A stretch of DNA of 64,000 bases from an uncultured Chloroflexia bacterium (GTDB taxonomy: Bacteria; Chloroflexota; Limnocylindria; Limnocylindrales; CSP1-4), in NCBI GenBank assembly GCA_963768655.1, contig CAVYIM010000003.1, forward strand, positions 96,001 to 160,000, read 5' to 3'. Below are positions 27,305-39,621 of this stretch, in pieces. The position numbers and the translations under genes were made by a program. Below the pieces are notes generated by a model, which saw only the letters and a program-made list of their open reading frames with translations, did not search any database and was not told where the DNA came from. The first letter of the stretch is position 1. Each line of letters starts with the position of its first letter.

Positions 27305-27883
27305 TCAGTTCGTCTCGAGCTTGACCCTGGAAGCGGCCAGCCTTCGGAAGGCCTCGAGCCCGGCCGGATCGAACGCTCGCTCGGGCAGGATGAATACTTG
27401 CGAGTGGCGCGCCATCACCAGGAAGGAGCCCCTGCTCTCGCGCAGCCGGTCGATGGCCTCCCATGCGACGTCCACGTCGGTGGCCCCATGAGTGAAGTGC
27501 AGGCCGGCATCGTCGACGAACACCTCGACGGTCTGCTGCACCAGCGACTTCCTGGACCGCAGAGTCAGCCACGTGAAGGGCACGGCGTAGTAGCCGGACA
27601 GCAAGGCGACGGCCAGCATGAGCTCGATGGCGACCGGAACCAGATAGGGCAGACTCAGAAAGGCCAGGAGCAGTGCCAGGACGGCGAAACCGGTTGAGAA
27701 CCTGGTCCCCCGGTTGAGGGCCGGGACGTGGCTCAGGTACTCGCGCATCGACGTTCGGTAGCTACCCGTGATATGCGGCGTCTCTGTCGCCATCGATCCT
27801 CCTGTTGCCCCGCCGGCAGGGCGTGCTGGCGACGCCGGCCGCGTTGCCGCCGGCCGGGCTTTCTTCGCCCGTCTCGTTTTCAC
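27305..27883 (-). CDS. YcxB-like membrane protein
   Basis: Two TM helices, then VDDAGLHF...VAWEAI...FILPERAF. GTG 27883 overlaps the smpB stop; ATG 27793 is an alternative start. Confidence 0.7.
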   Translation of the reverse strand: MKTRRAKKARPAATRPASPARPAGGATGGSMATETPHITGSYRTSMREYLSHVPALNRGTRFSTGFAVLALLLAFLSLPYLVPVAIELMLAVALLSGYYAVPFTWLTLRSRKSLVQQTVEVFVDDAGLHFTHGATDVDVAWEAIDRLRESRGSFLVMARHSQVFILPERAFDPAGLEAFRRLAASRVKLETN

Positions 27884-28356
27884 CGCCGCTCCCGGCCGCG
27901 GTCGGCGTCGGCCATGGCCCGCTCGACTTCCCGGCGGGAGTCGCGCTCGGCGATGTCGCGGCGGCGATCGTGGAGTTGCTTGCCGCGGGCCAGGCCGATC
28001 TCGAGCTTGGCCCGGCCGCGGCCGGTGATGTACATCTTGAGTGGGACCAGCGTGAGGCCCTTCGATTTCGTCTTGATCAGCAGGGCCAGGATCTGGTCGT
28101 GGTGGAGCAGCAGCTTGCGGTTCCGCTTGGGCTCGTGGTTGTAGCGATTGCCGGTGTCCCACGGCGAGATGTTCGCGCCGACAAGCCAGGCCTCGCCGTT
28201 CTCGATGCGCGCGTAAGCCTCGGCCAGACTCACCTTGCCGGCCCGAACCGACTTGATCTCGGTCCCGGTCAGGGCGATGCCGGCCTCGAACGAATCCTCG
28301 ATCGTGTACTCGTGGCGCGCTCTTCGGTTCTGGGCGACGGTCTTCTCTTCGCCCAC
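27880..28356 (-). CDS. smpB: SsrA-binding protein SmpB
   Basis: NRRARHEY, EAGIALTGTEIKSVR, RKLLLH and GKQLHDRR; SD GAGGAG. Confidence 0.98.
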   Translation of the reverse strand: MGEEKTVAQNRRARHEYTIEDSFEAGIALTGTEIKSVRAGKVSLAEAYARIENGEAWLVGANISPWDTGNRYNHEPKRNRKLLLHHDQILALLIKTKSKGLTLVPLKMYITGRGRAKLEIGLARGKQLHDRRRDIAERDSRREVERAMADADRGRERR

Positions 28357-28457
28357 GTGGGGCTCCTCGGGTTTGACGGCCCGGCGGCCGGACATTCGGA
28401 GGTTAGCGGAAGGGCCGATCTCGGGGCGGTCGAAATCGTCATCCGGCTCAGGACGCA

Positions 28458-28487
28458 CGAATGCCGGCCCCGAAGGACCGGCATTCG
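28458..28487 (-). terminator. Stable hairpin with cUUCGg loop closing the small transcription unit
   Basis: Minus strand CGAATGCCGGTCC-TTCG-GGGCCGGCATTCG. Confidence 0.75.
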
Positions 28488-28521
28488 GTTTGCGTTATGT
28501 CACCACCCGTCAGGGCCGTGC

Positions 28522-28575
28522 CTAGAGCTCAGCTCCTGACGAGGTGGTGCAGCGCGTCGGCAAGTCCTTTGACAC
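28522..28575 (-). CDS. Putative 17-aa small peptide MSKDLPTRCTTSSGAEL (or an sRNA)
   Basis: Perfect SD AAAGGAGGTGAT (28592-28581), then GTG start; own promoter and downstream hairpin. Confidence 0.5.
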   Translation of the reverse strand: MSKDLPTRCTTSSGAEL

Positions 28576-28603
28576 TGCACATCACCTCCTTTCGTTCTCG
28601 CGC

Positions 28604-28632
28604 ATGGTATCGGTGCCGGCCAAAAGGCGCAA
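28604..28632 (-). promoter_or_regulatory. Sigma70-type promoter of the small transcript
   Basis: TTGCGC-N17-TACCAT. Confidence 0.65.
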
Positions 28633-28700
28633 CAGCGGGTCACCCGGTGGGCGAGGTGTGGTCGTGGGCGCGCGCGAGATGGCCGGGGCGTCGAGCAGGG

Positions 28701-30191
28701 CTAGCTCGCGGTCGGCGCGGGACTCGGGTTTTGCGTCGCGCTCGGCGATGGGCTGCCGCTGGGCGCCGGACTCCCGGTAGGTGAGGCCGTGGTCTCGGGC
28801 GGGTAACCGAGCGCGACCAGGCCGGCGTCGAGCACCGGATCCGTGCCGGCCCGGGCCCCATTGATCGTGGCGTCAACGTCCGGCGTGAGCCCCTTGCCCT
28901 GGATCCAGACTTTGTCCGGCGTGAGCCAGCGGGCCACCGTCAGGTGGATGCCGCCGTCGTTATTGGGAAGAGGCAGCCACTCCTGCACGACGCCCTTGCC
29001 GTAGGTCTTCGTGCCGATCAGGGGCGCCCGACCGCGGGCCTGCAAGGCTCCGGCCAGGATCTCCGCCGCCGAGGCGGTGTTGCCGTCCACCAGCACGACC
29101 AGCTTGTTCGCGGGATCGGTGGCACGGCCGCCGGGGTTGGCGTCGATCTCGGTCTCCGCGCCGCTCGCATCCTGCTGGTAGACGATCGCTCCGGACGGAA
29201 TGAACTCGCTGGCGATCTTCACCGCGTCCGGGACGTAGCCGCCGCCGTTGCCGCGGAGGTCGAGGATGAAGGAGTGCTGTCCGGCCGCGAGAGCGTTCTT
29301 GAGCGCCAGATCGAATTGCGAGGCGGCAGGATCGTTGATCCCGCTCACCGACATGTAGGCGACGGCGCCGTTGGCCAGCGTCTTTAAATCGACCTCACAC
29401 TGGTTGTAGATCGTGCGCACGATCGAGCGCTGGATAGTGGTGGTGCCGCGCAGCAGGCCGAGCGTAACCGAAGTGTCGTTGGGGCCCTTGATCAGTGCCG
29501 TGGCCGCGTCGATCGTGAGCCCGTCCAGGGAAGTGCCGCCGACCGAGACGATGACGTCGCCGGCCTGAATCCCGGCCGTCGCGGCGGGCGATCCGCAGAC
29601 CGGCGCGACGACGGCCAGCTCGCAGCCGTTGCCGATCGCCGAGCAGGTGATGCCTGAGGAGGGGTCGATCGGCTGGAGCTGAACTTCGACGCCGATTCCC
29701 TGGGCCTGGCCTCCGACGCTGAGCAGCGAGCTCTCGAAGTCGGACGGAGCCTGGTAGTACGACCAGGGGTCGTTGAGGCTCTGCATCATCCCGTTTATGG
29801 CGGCCTGGACGAGCTGATCCGCGGAGGGCTTGGGGGACCCGGCGTAGTCCTTCTGGATCAGCGAATAGACGTCCCAGAACGGGTCGAACTGGGCTTCCTG
29901 CGAGGCGGGCGTGCCCGGCGTGGTCGCCACCCGCGCCCCGAGAGTGTAGCCACCGACGAACAGGGCGCTGCCGACCAGGATGGCCACGATGAGCAAGCCC
30001 AGGCGCGAAGGTTCGAAGGTCCGAAGCATGCGAGCCTGGGCGTCGGGGGCGAAGTCGGTCGCCAGCGCGCTCTCTCGGTCGTCCTCCCGAGTCGATGGCG
30101 GCTCCGGCGAGCGGCCGGACGTCGGCCCTGTCGCCGGCCGATCTGCCGGATCAGGTTGGTCGCGGTGGCGGGAGTTCTTCGGCGCGGGCAT
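28701..30191 (-). CDS. ctpA: S41A carboxy-terminal processing protease with PDZ domain
   Basis: LNDPWSYY, PDZ (GSPAATAGIQAGD), ILDLRGNGGG, TASAAEI and TYGKGVVQ; Ser/Pro/Thr tail. Confidence 0.92.
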   Translation of the reverse strand: MPAPKNSRHRDQPDPADRPATGPTSGRSPEPPSTREDDRESALATDFAPDAQARMLRTFEPSRLGLLIVAILVGSALFVGGYTLGARVATTPGTPASQEAQFDPFWDVYSLIQKDYAGSPKPSADQLVQAAINGMMQSLNDPWSYYQAPSDFESSLLSVGGQAQGIGVEVQLQPIDPSSGITCSAIGNGCELAVVAPVCGSPAATAGIQAGDVIVSVGGTSLDGLTIDAATALIKGPNDTSVTLGLLRGTTTIQRSIVRTIYNQCEVDLKTLANGAVAYMSVSGINDPAASQFDLALKNALAAGQHSFILDLRGNGGGYVPDAVKIASEFIPSGAIVYQQDASGAETEIDANPGGRATDPANKLVVLVDGNTASAAEILAGALQARGRAPLIGTKTYGKGVVQEWLPLPNNDGGIHLTVARWLTPDKVWIQGKGLTPDVDATINGARAGTDPVLDAGLVALGYPPETTASPTGSPAPSGSPSPSATQNPSPAPTAS

Positions 30192-30237
30192 GGAATCGAA
30201 CCTCGAGATCTAGGTGCGGGCCGGGCGCGATGCCGGG

Positions 30238-31119
30238 TCAGCGCTTCAGGTAGCTGCGTACGGACACGTAGGAACCGATGAAACCGATCCCGACGCCCGT
30301 TCCCAGCACCATGAGGGCCACGTTCTGGCCGACCATTGCGGTGGCCTGAACGGGCAGGACGTTGAAGAAGCTCGACAGCAGGCTGGCGACGGGAGCCTGA
30401 ACCAGCAGCAACAGGCCGATGGTGATGATCGCCCCCAGGAGCCCGACGAAGGCGCCCTCGAAGACGAACGGCCAGCGAATGAAGGCGTCGGAGGCGCCGA
30501 CAAGACGCATGATCTCGATCTCCTCGGCGCGCGCGACCACGGCCAGCCGGATCGTGTTCACGATGATGAACAGTACAGTCAGGCCGACGATCACCAGGAC
30601 CACGATCCCGACGGTGCTCACGACGTTGATGACCGAGGTCATCTGACTGACCGTCTTGGCGATGTCCTGAACGCTGTCGATCGCCGCCTGGCCGCGCAGG
30701 TAGGTGGCCACGTCCACGTAGTCGCTGGGGTCGCGCAGGCTGATTTCGAACGAGGCCGGCAGCGGGTTGTTCGCCAGAGTGTCGACCAGATTCGCCACCT
30801 CGGGCTCGCGCGCCTGGAAGTCCTTGAGGGCCTGGTCCTTGGAGATGTAGGTGACGGTCGCGACCTCGGGCATGGCCTGCAGCTCGGACGTGAGCTGCGC
30901 GACGTCCTGGGCGGTCGCCGAATCGTTGAGGTAGGCGACGACCTGGACTTCGCCCTGGACGTAGTTGAGGGTGGCGTTCAGGCCGAAGTAGAGGATGACC
31001 ACGCCGCTCAGCAGCGTGAGCATCAGGACCATCGAGGCGGTGGCCGCGAGGCTCATCAGGGAGTTGCGCCAGAAACCCTGCCAGGCTCGTTTGAGGCTGA
31101 ACGCAACGAAGGCGATCAC
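30238..31119 (-). CDS. ftsX: Cell division permease-like protein FtsX
   Basis: NPLPASF and IVNTIRL...EIEIMRLVGASDAFIRWPFVFEG. Confidence 0.96.
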   Translation of the reverse strand: MIAFVAFSLKRAWQGFWRNSLMSLAATASMVLMLTLLSGVVILYFGLNATLNYVQGEVQVVAYLNDSATAQDVAQLTSELQAMPEVATVTYISKDQALKDFQAREPEVANLVDTLANNPLPASFEISLRDPSDYVDVATYLRGQAAIDSVQDIAKTVSQMTSVINVVSTVGIVVLVIVGLTVLFIIVNTIRLAVVARAEEIEIMRLVGASDAFIRWPFVFEGAFVGLLGAIITIGLLLLVQAPVASLLSSFFNVLPVQATAMVGQNVALMVLGTGVGIGFIGSYVSVRSYLKR

Positions 31120-31902
31120 TCAGTCCTCCGGGTGGTAGGCGGCGCCCGTCTCGTCGCGAACGACGCGGCCGTCCTCGAGGCCGACCACTCTCTTGCGGAG
31201 GGCGGTGACCACCTCGGCATTGTGGGTCGCCATCATCACCGTGACGCCCATCTCGTTGATGCGCAGCAGCAGCTGGATGATCTCCCAGCTGATGAGCGGG
31301 TCGAGATTCCCGGTCGGTTCGTCGGCGATGAAGAGGTGCGGGTCGTGGACGAGGGCGCGGGCGATGGCGGTGCGCTGCTGCTCGCCGCCGGAAAGCTCGG
31401 ACGGCCGCTGGTCCGCCTGCGCGGAGAGACCGACGACGCGCAGGACGCGTTCCACCGCGGGCTTGATCCGAGCCCGAGGCGTGCCGGTAACCTCCAGGGC
31501 GAAGGCCACGTTGTCGCGCACCGACTTGTTGGGCAGAAGCTTGAAGTCCTGGAAGACGATGCCGATGCGGCGCCGGATCTTGGGGACGTCCCGGCGGCGG
31601 AGTCGGGCCAGGTCGCGACCTTCGAGCATGACCTTGCCCCGGGTCGGCAGCTCTTCTCGGATGAGGAGGCGGATCAGGGTGGACTTGCCGGCGCCCGACG
31701 GACCGACGAGGAAGACGAAGTCGCCCTCCGGAACCGAGAGGTTCACATCGCGAAGCGCCGACTTGCCGTTGGGGTAGGTCTTGGTGACGCCGCGAAGGGC
31801 GAGGACGGGAGTGCCGTCCGCCACGGGGTCGGTCGGATGAGGCCTGGCCACGGCTGGCCGGCCGGGCGGACCGGAGGTGGATCCGGAAAGTGCCGAGCTC
31901 AC
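31120..31902 (-). CDS. ftsE: Cell division ATP-binding protein FtsE
   Basis: GPSGAGKST, IVFQDFKLL, LSGGEQQR and ADEPTGNLDP. Confidence 0.96.
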   Translation of the reverse strand: MSSALSGSTSGPPGRPAVARPHPTDPVADGTPVLALRGVTKTYPNGKSALRDVNLSVPEGDFVFLVGPSGAGKSTLIRLLIREELPTRGKVMLEGRDLARLRRRDVPKIRRRIGIVFQDFKLLPNKSVRDNVAFALEVTGTPRARIKPAVERVLRVVGLSAQADQRPSELSGGEQQRTAIARALVHDPHLFIADEPTGNLDPLISWEIIQLLLRINEMGVTVMMATHNAEVVTALRKRVVGLEDGRVVRDETGAAYHPED

Positions 31903-31975
31903 ACTGCGAGGCTAGCACCGATGACGTCGTCCGGCAGGTTGCCGACGCGCCCGAAGCGTGGCTCGGCGCGGCGAG

Positions 31976-33001
31976 CTACAGCAGCGCCAGGCCCGACGGC
32001 AAGTAGCGCTCGAAGGCGGCGAACGGACGTGTCCAGCAGAACATCGCCGGGAAGCCCTCGATTCGGAGGCCGGCTCTCAGCAGCGCGACCATGGCCCGGT
32101 CGTTGGCGCCGGGCACCCACACGCTCGTGGCGCCACGCGGCTCGATGACCCTCATGAGATGACCGATGACGGGCGCGGTCAGGGTTTCGTCCAGGAGCGC
32201 GACCGGCCCGAACCGCCCCACCTGGGACGAGTAGCCGTAGCCGAGTGGCTCACCGCTGCTGGTTCGGTACAGGAAGCCCGTGCGGCCCTGGAGCCGCAGG
32301 AAGTCGTGGTCTGACTGGTGGGCGTAGCCGAGCACCTCGCGGTCGATGCCATCGATCGTCTGGCGCAGCTCGGCCTTGCCGGGAGCGGCCGGGTTGCGGT
32401 GCGAGATCAGCTCGGGCGGCTCGAGAGCGATGGCCTCGATCCCTTCCGGCAGAGACGGCAGCACCGGCGGCGAGCCTGGCCGGCCGACGAGGTTGAAGAC
32501 GGGCAGCCGGGCCACGATCCCCAGCTTGCTGTAGAGGGCGTTGGAGATCGGTTGGGCGCTGTCGGTGCACGTCGCCAGTACGCCCGGCCGGCGGCCGATG
32601 GTCGGGCCGTCCCTCCAGTTGCCCGCCGCGTCGCCCGCGCCATCCGCCTCGGGGGCGGAAGGCAGAACCAGCGACAGCAGCGCCCGCCCTATGCCCCGAT
32701 GCTGCTCCGCCGGCAGGACGTAGAGCTGCGAGAGGAACCACACGTGCTCGCGCTGCAGCCCGATCCCGAAACCCACGATCCGTTCGCTCGGGTCGCGCGG
32801 CGAGGACTTCACCGCCACCCGAAAGTGGCCCGGGTCCGTGGCCAGGAGATGCTCGCCCAGGCGCATGGCCGGCTCCAGGACGGGTGGCGGCAGCGGCTGA
32901 CCGAGGCGTGACATGTAGTCGTTCACGGAGGCGTGCCAGACCAGCGCACAATCGGCCAGCTCCTCGGGCCGCGGCGGACGGTAGGTGACTCCTTCCGTCA
33001 T
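31976..33001 (-). CDS. Tandem GNAT-family N-acetyltransferase
   Basis: LYVLPAEQHRGIGRALL acetyl-CoA motif and NALYSKLG; ATGA overlap with the prfB stop. Confidence 0.8.
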   Translation of the reverse strand: MTEGVTYRPPRPEELADCALVWHASVNDYMSRLGQPLPPPVLEPAMRLGEHLLATDPGHFRVAVKSSPRDPSERIVGFGIGLQREHVWFLSQLYVLPAEQHRGIGRALLSLVLPSAPEADGAGDAAGNWRDGPTIGRRPGVLATCTDSAQPISNALYSKLGIVARLPVFNLVGRPGSPPVLPSLPEGIEAIALEPPELISHRNPAAPGKAELRQTIDGIDREVLGYAHQSDHDFLRLQGRTGFLYRTSSGEPLGYGYSSQVGRFGPVALLDETLTAPVIGHLMRVIEPRGATSVWVPGANDRAMVALLRAGLRIEGFPAMFCWTRPFAAFERYLPSGLALL

Positions 33002-34129
33002 CGATCGTCCGGCCCGGGCCGGCTGCCGGCGACGACGGCCCCGGTGGCCTCGCGTTCGAGCTCGGCCTGCATGAAGGTGTCCAGGTCGCCGTCGAGGACC
33101 GCCGCAGTGTTGCCCGTCTCCACCTCCGTCCGGTGGTCCTTGACCATCTGGTATGGGTGGAGGACGTAGCTCCTGATCTGGTTGCCCCAACCCGCCTCGA
33201 CGTGCTCCCCGCGAAGCTTGCGGATCTCGGCCTCGTGCTCCTCCACAGCCCGTTCCAGGAGTCGAGCCTGAAGGATCTTGGCGGCGGTGTCCTTGTTCTG
33301 CGTCTGGGAGCGTTCGTTCTGGCTCTGGGCGACGATGCCTGTGGGGACGTGGGTCAGACGCACGGCCGAGTCCGTCTTGTTGACGTGCTGGCCGCCGGCC
33401 CCGGTGGCGCGGAAGGTGTCGATGCGGATCTCGTCCCAGTTCAGTTCCACCTCGACGTCGCTCTCGACTTCCGGGAGCACCTCCACGAGGGCGAAGGTCG
33501 TGTGCCGCCGCTTCTGAGAATCGAAGGGGCTGATTCGGACCAGGCGGTGGACGCCGCGCTCGGCCTTGAGATAGCCGTAGGCGGCCCGCCCATCGACGGC
33601 CACGGTGACGCTCTTGATTCCGGTCTCCTCACCCTCGGTTTGATCGAAGATCTCGGTGGCGAAGCGATGGCGCTCGGCCCAGCGAAGGTACATCCGCAGC
33701 AGCATCTCGGCCCAATCGGTGGCTTCGGTGCCGCCCGCGCCCGCGCTGATAGTCAGCAGAGCATTGCGCTGGTCGTATTCGCCGCCGAAGAGCAGCTCAC
33801 GACGGGCCCGGCCGTAGTCCGCGGCCAGCTGCCGAGCCTCCGTGTCGACGTCGGCCAGGACGCTCTGGTCGTCTTCGTCCTGGGCCAGCTCGAGCAGCTC
33901 GATCGTGGAGCGGGCGCGCAATTCGAGGTTGCGCCAGAGCCCGAGCTCCTCGCGAAGACCCTCTGCTTCGCGCAGCACCTTCTTGGCCACGCGCTGGTCG
34001 TCCCAGAACCCGGGCTCGCCTACGGCAGCGTCCAGCGCGGCCAGACGGCCTTCCTTGCTGGAAAGGTCAAAGACGCCCCGAGGTCGCCTGGATCCTCTGG
34101 ACCAGGTCGCGGATCTCGGCCGGTTCCAC
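32998..34129 (-). CDS. prfB: Peptide chain release factor 2 with programmed +1 frameshift
   Basis: GTG 34129 gives VEPAEIRDLVQRIQATSGRL, then CTT TGA C (34072-34066); the +1 frame continues DLSSKEG...FWDD. SPF and GGQ motifs present. Confidence 0.97.
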
Positions 34130-34353
34130 TAATACCGGCCTCGGGCGTCCTGGAGAAGGATCGGTCGGAGCTCGATGAGACGCAGCGCGCTCTTGCTCCG
34201 GGCGACTACGGGGTTCACGCAGGGGCAGTAGATGTTGTGTGGGCAGACACCGCAGTTCCCGTCGCAGTCGAGCGCGGCCGCATAACTGCAATTCCGGCAG
34301 TCGCGCTCGCAGGCGATGAGATCGATGAACGCCGCTTCCTCTGCCTGCTTCAA
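34129..34353 (-). CDS. Small cysteine-rich protein (74 aa, 8 Cys)
   Basis: SD GAGGAG then TTG; GC-rich third positions; CERDCRNC-x7-CDGNCGVC-x5-CPC; stop overlaps the prfB start (TAGTG). Confidence 0.75.
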   Translation of the reverse strand: MKQAEEAAFIDLIACERDCRNCSYAAALDCDGNCGVCPHNIYCPCVNPVVARSKSALRLIELRPILLQDARGRY

Positions 34354-34436
34354 CTCTCTCCTCGTTGTGTGACGGCACAACCCCTCAGGCCTCCCCGCGA
34401 CGGCCTGACGGGGACCGCAACGGGTATCTCGCGGCG

Positions 34437-34465
34437 AGTATACGGGCTCAATTCAGCGCAGCCAA
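34437..34465 (-). promoter_or_regulatory. Promoter of the Cys-rich gene/prfB operon
   Basis: TTGGCT-N17-TATACT. Confidence 0.6.
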
Positions 34466-34613
34466 GAGGTCAATTCATCAGTTTGGCGAGAAATCACCGC
34501 ATAGTGCCGTCTGCCGCCCGGATTGGCTCGAGTTACCGCCTGAACAGGCAGCTGATGGCGGGGCGCGGAGTTGCTTCGGCAAGCCGGCGCCAGGCCCTCG
34601 ACGGAGCTCGGCC

Positions 34614-35745
34614 TAGTGTCCCGAGCCGCTGCAGGGTAATTGGTTGGCAGCTACGATTTGGCGATGCCGAACCATCCAGCGCCACCATTGGTCATCAGCG
34701 AGTCTGAACGAGCATCCCTACTGGCCCTGATACGAGCGGGTACGACCGAGCAACGACTCGCGATGCGGGCCCGGATCGTGCTTGCGGCAGCGGACGGCAT
34801 CGCGAACGAGCGGATAGCGGCCGAGATCGGGGTGAACCCGTTGACGGTGCGCGACTGGCGTGCTCGTTTCGAGGCCGACCGCATGGCCGGTCTGGCCGAT
34901 GCTCCACGCCCAGGCCGCGAACCCACCTATGACCGGGCCGCTCGGGACCGGGTCATCGCCTTCACCTTGGAGCCGCCGCCGTTCGGGACCAGCCACTGGA
35001 GTTCGCGAGCGATGGCTGCCCGGACAGGCATCAGTGTCACGACCATCCAGCGCATCTGGCGCGAGGCTGGTCTCAAGCCGCATCGGGTCGAGACGTTCAA
35101 GTTCAGCACCGATCCCGATCTTGTGGCCAAGGTCCGCGATGTCGTGGGGCTCTATCTCGCGCCGCCCGAGCGGGCTATCGTGCTGTCCGTTGACGAGAAG
35201 ACCCAGATCCAGGCTCTCGATCGAACGGCCCCGATGCTGCCCATGAAGCCCGGCCAGGTGGAGCGCCACACCCACGACTACAAACGGAACGGCACCACCC
35301 ACCTCTTTGCCGCTCTGGAAGTCGCCACCGGCAAGGTCACCACGCAGACCCGCACCCACCACACCGGCGCCGACTTCCTGGCCTTCCTGGCGCAGGTTGA
35401 GCGAGCCTATCCCGAGAAAGACCTCGCAGTCGTGCTCGACAACGTCAGCTCACACAAGACGCCAGACGTCGGAAAGTGGCTCGAGGCTCATCCGCGGGTG
35501 AGCTTCCATTTCACCCCGACCAGCGCGTCCTGGATGAACCAGATCGAGACCTGGTTCGGCATCCTGAGCCGTCAGGCCATCCGCCGTGGCAGCTTTCGCT
35601 CGGTCAAGGAACTCGTCGCGATGATCAACGGCTTCACGGCGCAATGGAACGAGGGTGCAACGCCCTTTCTCTGGGTCAAGACGGCCGACCAGATCCTGGC
35701 TAAGGCTGTGCGCAAGCCGTCAGCTATCGGCGAATTGGGACACTA
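34614..35745 (+). mobile_element. IS630-family insertion sequence with duplicated TA target
   Basis: Ends TA-GTGTCCC (34614) and GGGACAC-TA (35745) enclose a single transposase ORF. Confidence 0.92.
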
Positions 35746-35746
35746 G
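34664..35746 (+). CDS. IS630-family transposase
   Basis: HTH (GLADAPRPGR, HWSSR) and DDE motifs VDEKTQIQAL, VLDNVSSHK and SASWMNQIETWF; uninterrupted. Confidence 0.96.
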   Translation: MPNHPAPPLVISESERASLLALIRAGTTEQRLAMRARIVLAAADGIANERIAAEIGVNPLTVRDWRARFEADRMAGLADAPRPGREPTYDRAARDRVIAFTLEPPPFGTSHWSSRAMAARTGISVTTIQRIWREAGLKPHRVETFKFSTDPDLVAKVRDVVGLYLAPPERAIVLSVDEKTQIQALDRTAPMLPMKPGQVERHTHDYKRNGTTHLFAALEVATGKVTTQTRTHHTGADFLAFLAQVERAYPEKDLAVVLDNVSSHKTPDVGKWLEAHPRVSFHFTPTSASWMNQIETWFGILSRQAIRRGSFRSVKELVAMINGFTAQWNEGATPFLWVKTADQILAKAVRKPSAIGELGH

Positions 35747-36455
35747 CTAGAAGCCGGGCTCGCCACGGCGTTCGGCGCGCCCGTCGGGGTCGCGTTGGCC
35801 GAAGGCGTCGACGCTGGCGCGCCGACCGAGGAGGCGGTCTGAGCGGACGGCGGGCCGGCTTCCAGGAACGCGTACTCGCCCAGAGCGCCCAGTTCGTGCA
35901 TGAGGGCGTCGAAGTGCATCGGCTCCTCGCTGTCGGCCGGGCTGGTCGTGGTTGGCGAGCCCCATCCCTCGATCCCTTGATCCGCGGCCAGGAGCAGGAC
36001 GCGCAACATGTGGGTACGGTCTGACACGAAGAGGGCGGTGTGGAGCCCGTGCTGGTCGAACAGGGCGCGGACGTTGCGGATGGACTCGAGGGTCGTGGCG
36101 CCGGTCGTCTCGGCCAGGATCGCGGAGGCGGGCACGCCCCTGGCTTCGGCGTAACTCCGCTCGGTGGCCGCCTCGGTGACGCGGTCGCCGGGCTGCTTGC
36201 CGCCCGTGACCACGAACCAGGGGGCGTAGCCCTGCTTGTACAGGTCGATCGCGTGATCGAGTCGCGCGGCGAGCACGGCCGAGGGGCGGCCGTTGTACTG
36301 GGCCGCACCTAGAACCACGATGGCGTCGACGGCGCGGCGGCTGTCCTGCTGGCCCACGTCCCAGATCCGGTAAGCGGTGTAGGCGGTCAGGCCGATGGCG
36401 CCGATGACGAAGGCCAGTGCCACGAGCGCCAGATCCCGCAGACGCGCTTTCCAGG

Positions 36456-36459
<4 letters not shown>
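35743..36459 (-). CDS. YdcF/DUF218 (ElyC/SanA-like) protein
   Basis: DAIVVLGAA, RLDHAIDLY, VTGGKQPGD and VSDRTHMLR; GTGA overlap with the secA stop. Confidence 0.9.
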
Positions 36460-39434
<2,975 letters not shown>

Positions 39435-39621
39435 TGGAGCTCACGATCGTTGGTGGCCCGCACGGCGGGCCTTGGGTCTGGGCGTCGGCCAGGGCTGGTG
39501 CGCCCCTCGTCGTCCGCCGACGGCAGCCACGCGGCAGTGCCGATGGCTGGGCGGAAAGTATAGGCCAGCGAGCCGGCGAGGCCGCTCCGCCTCTCTGCCT
39601 CGAGCGTCCCCCGCATCGTCA

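Noticed and set aside
28581-28592. ATCACCTCCTTT as a 16S rRNA 3' fragment
   Set aside because: No further rRNA similarity in the flanks; better explained as a minus-strand SD with promoter and hairpin.
34129-34353. Cys-rich ORF as a RiPP precursor of the radical SAM enzyme at 53515
   Set aside because: 19 kb apart, and the enzyme is TIGR03960-type with no evident SPASM or RRE domain; no support for a link.
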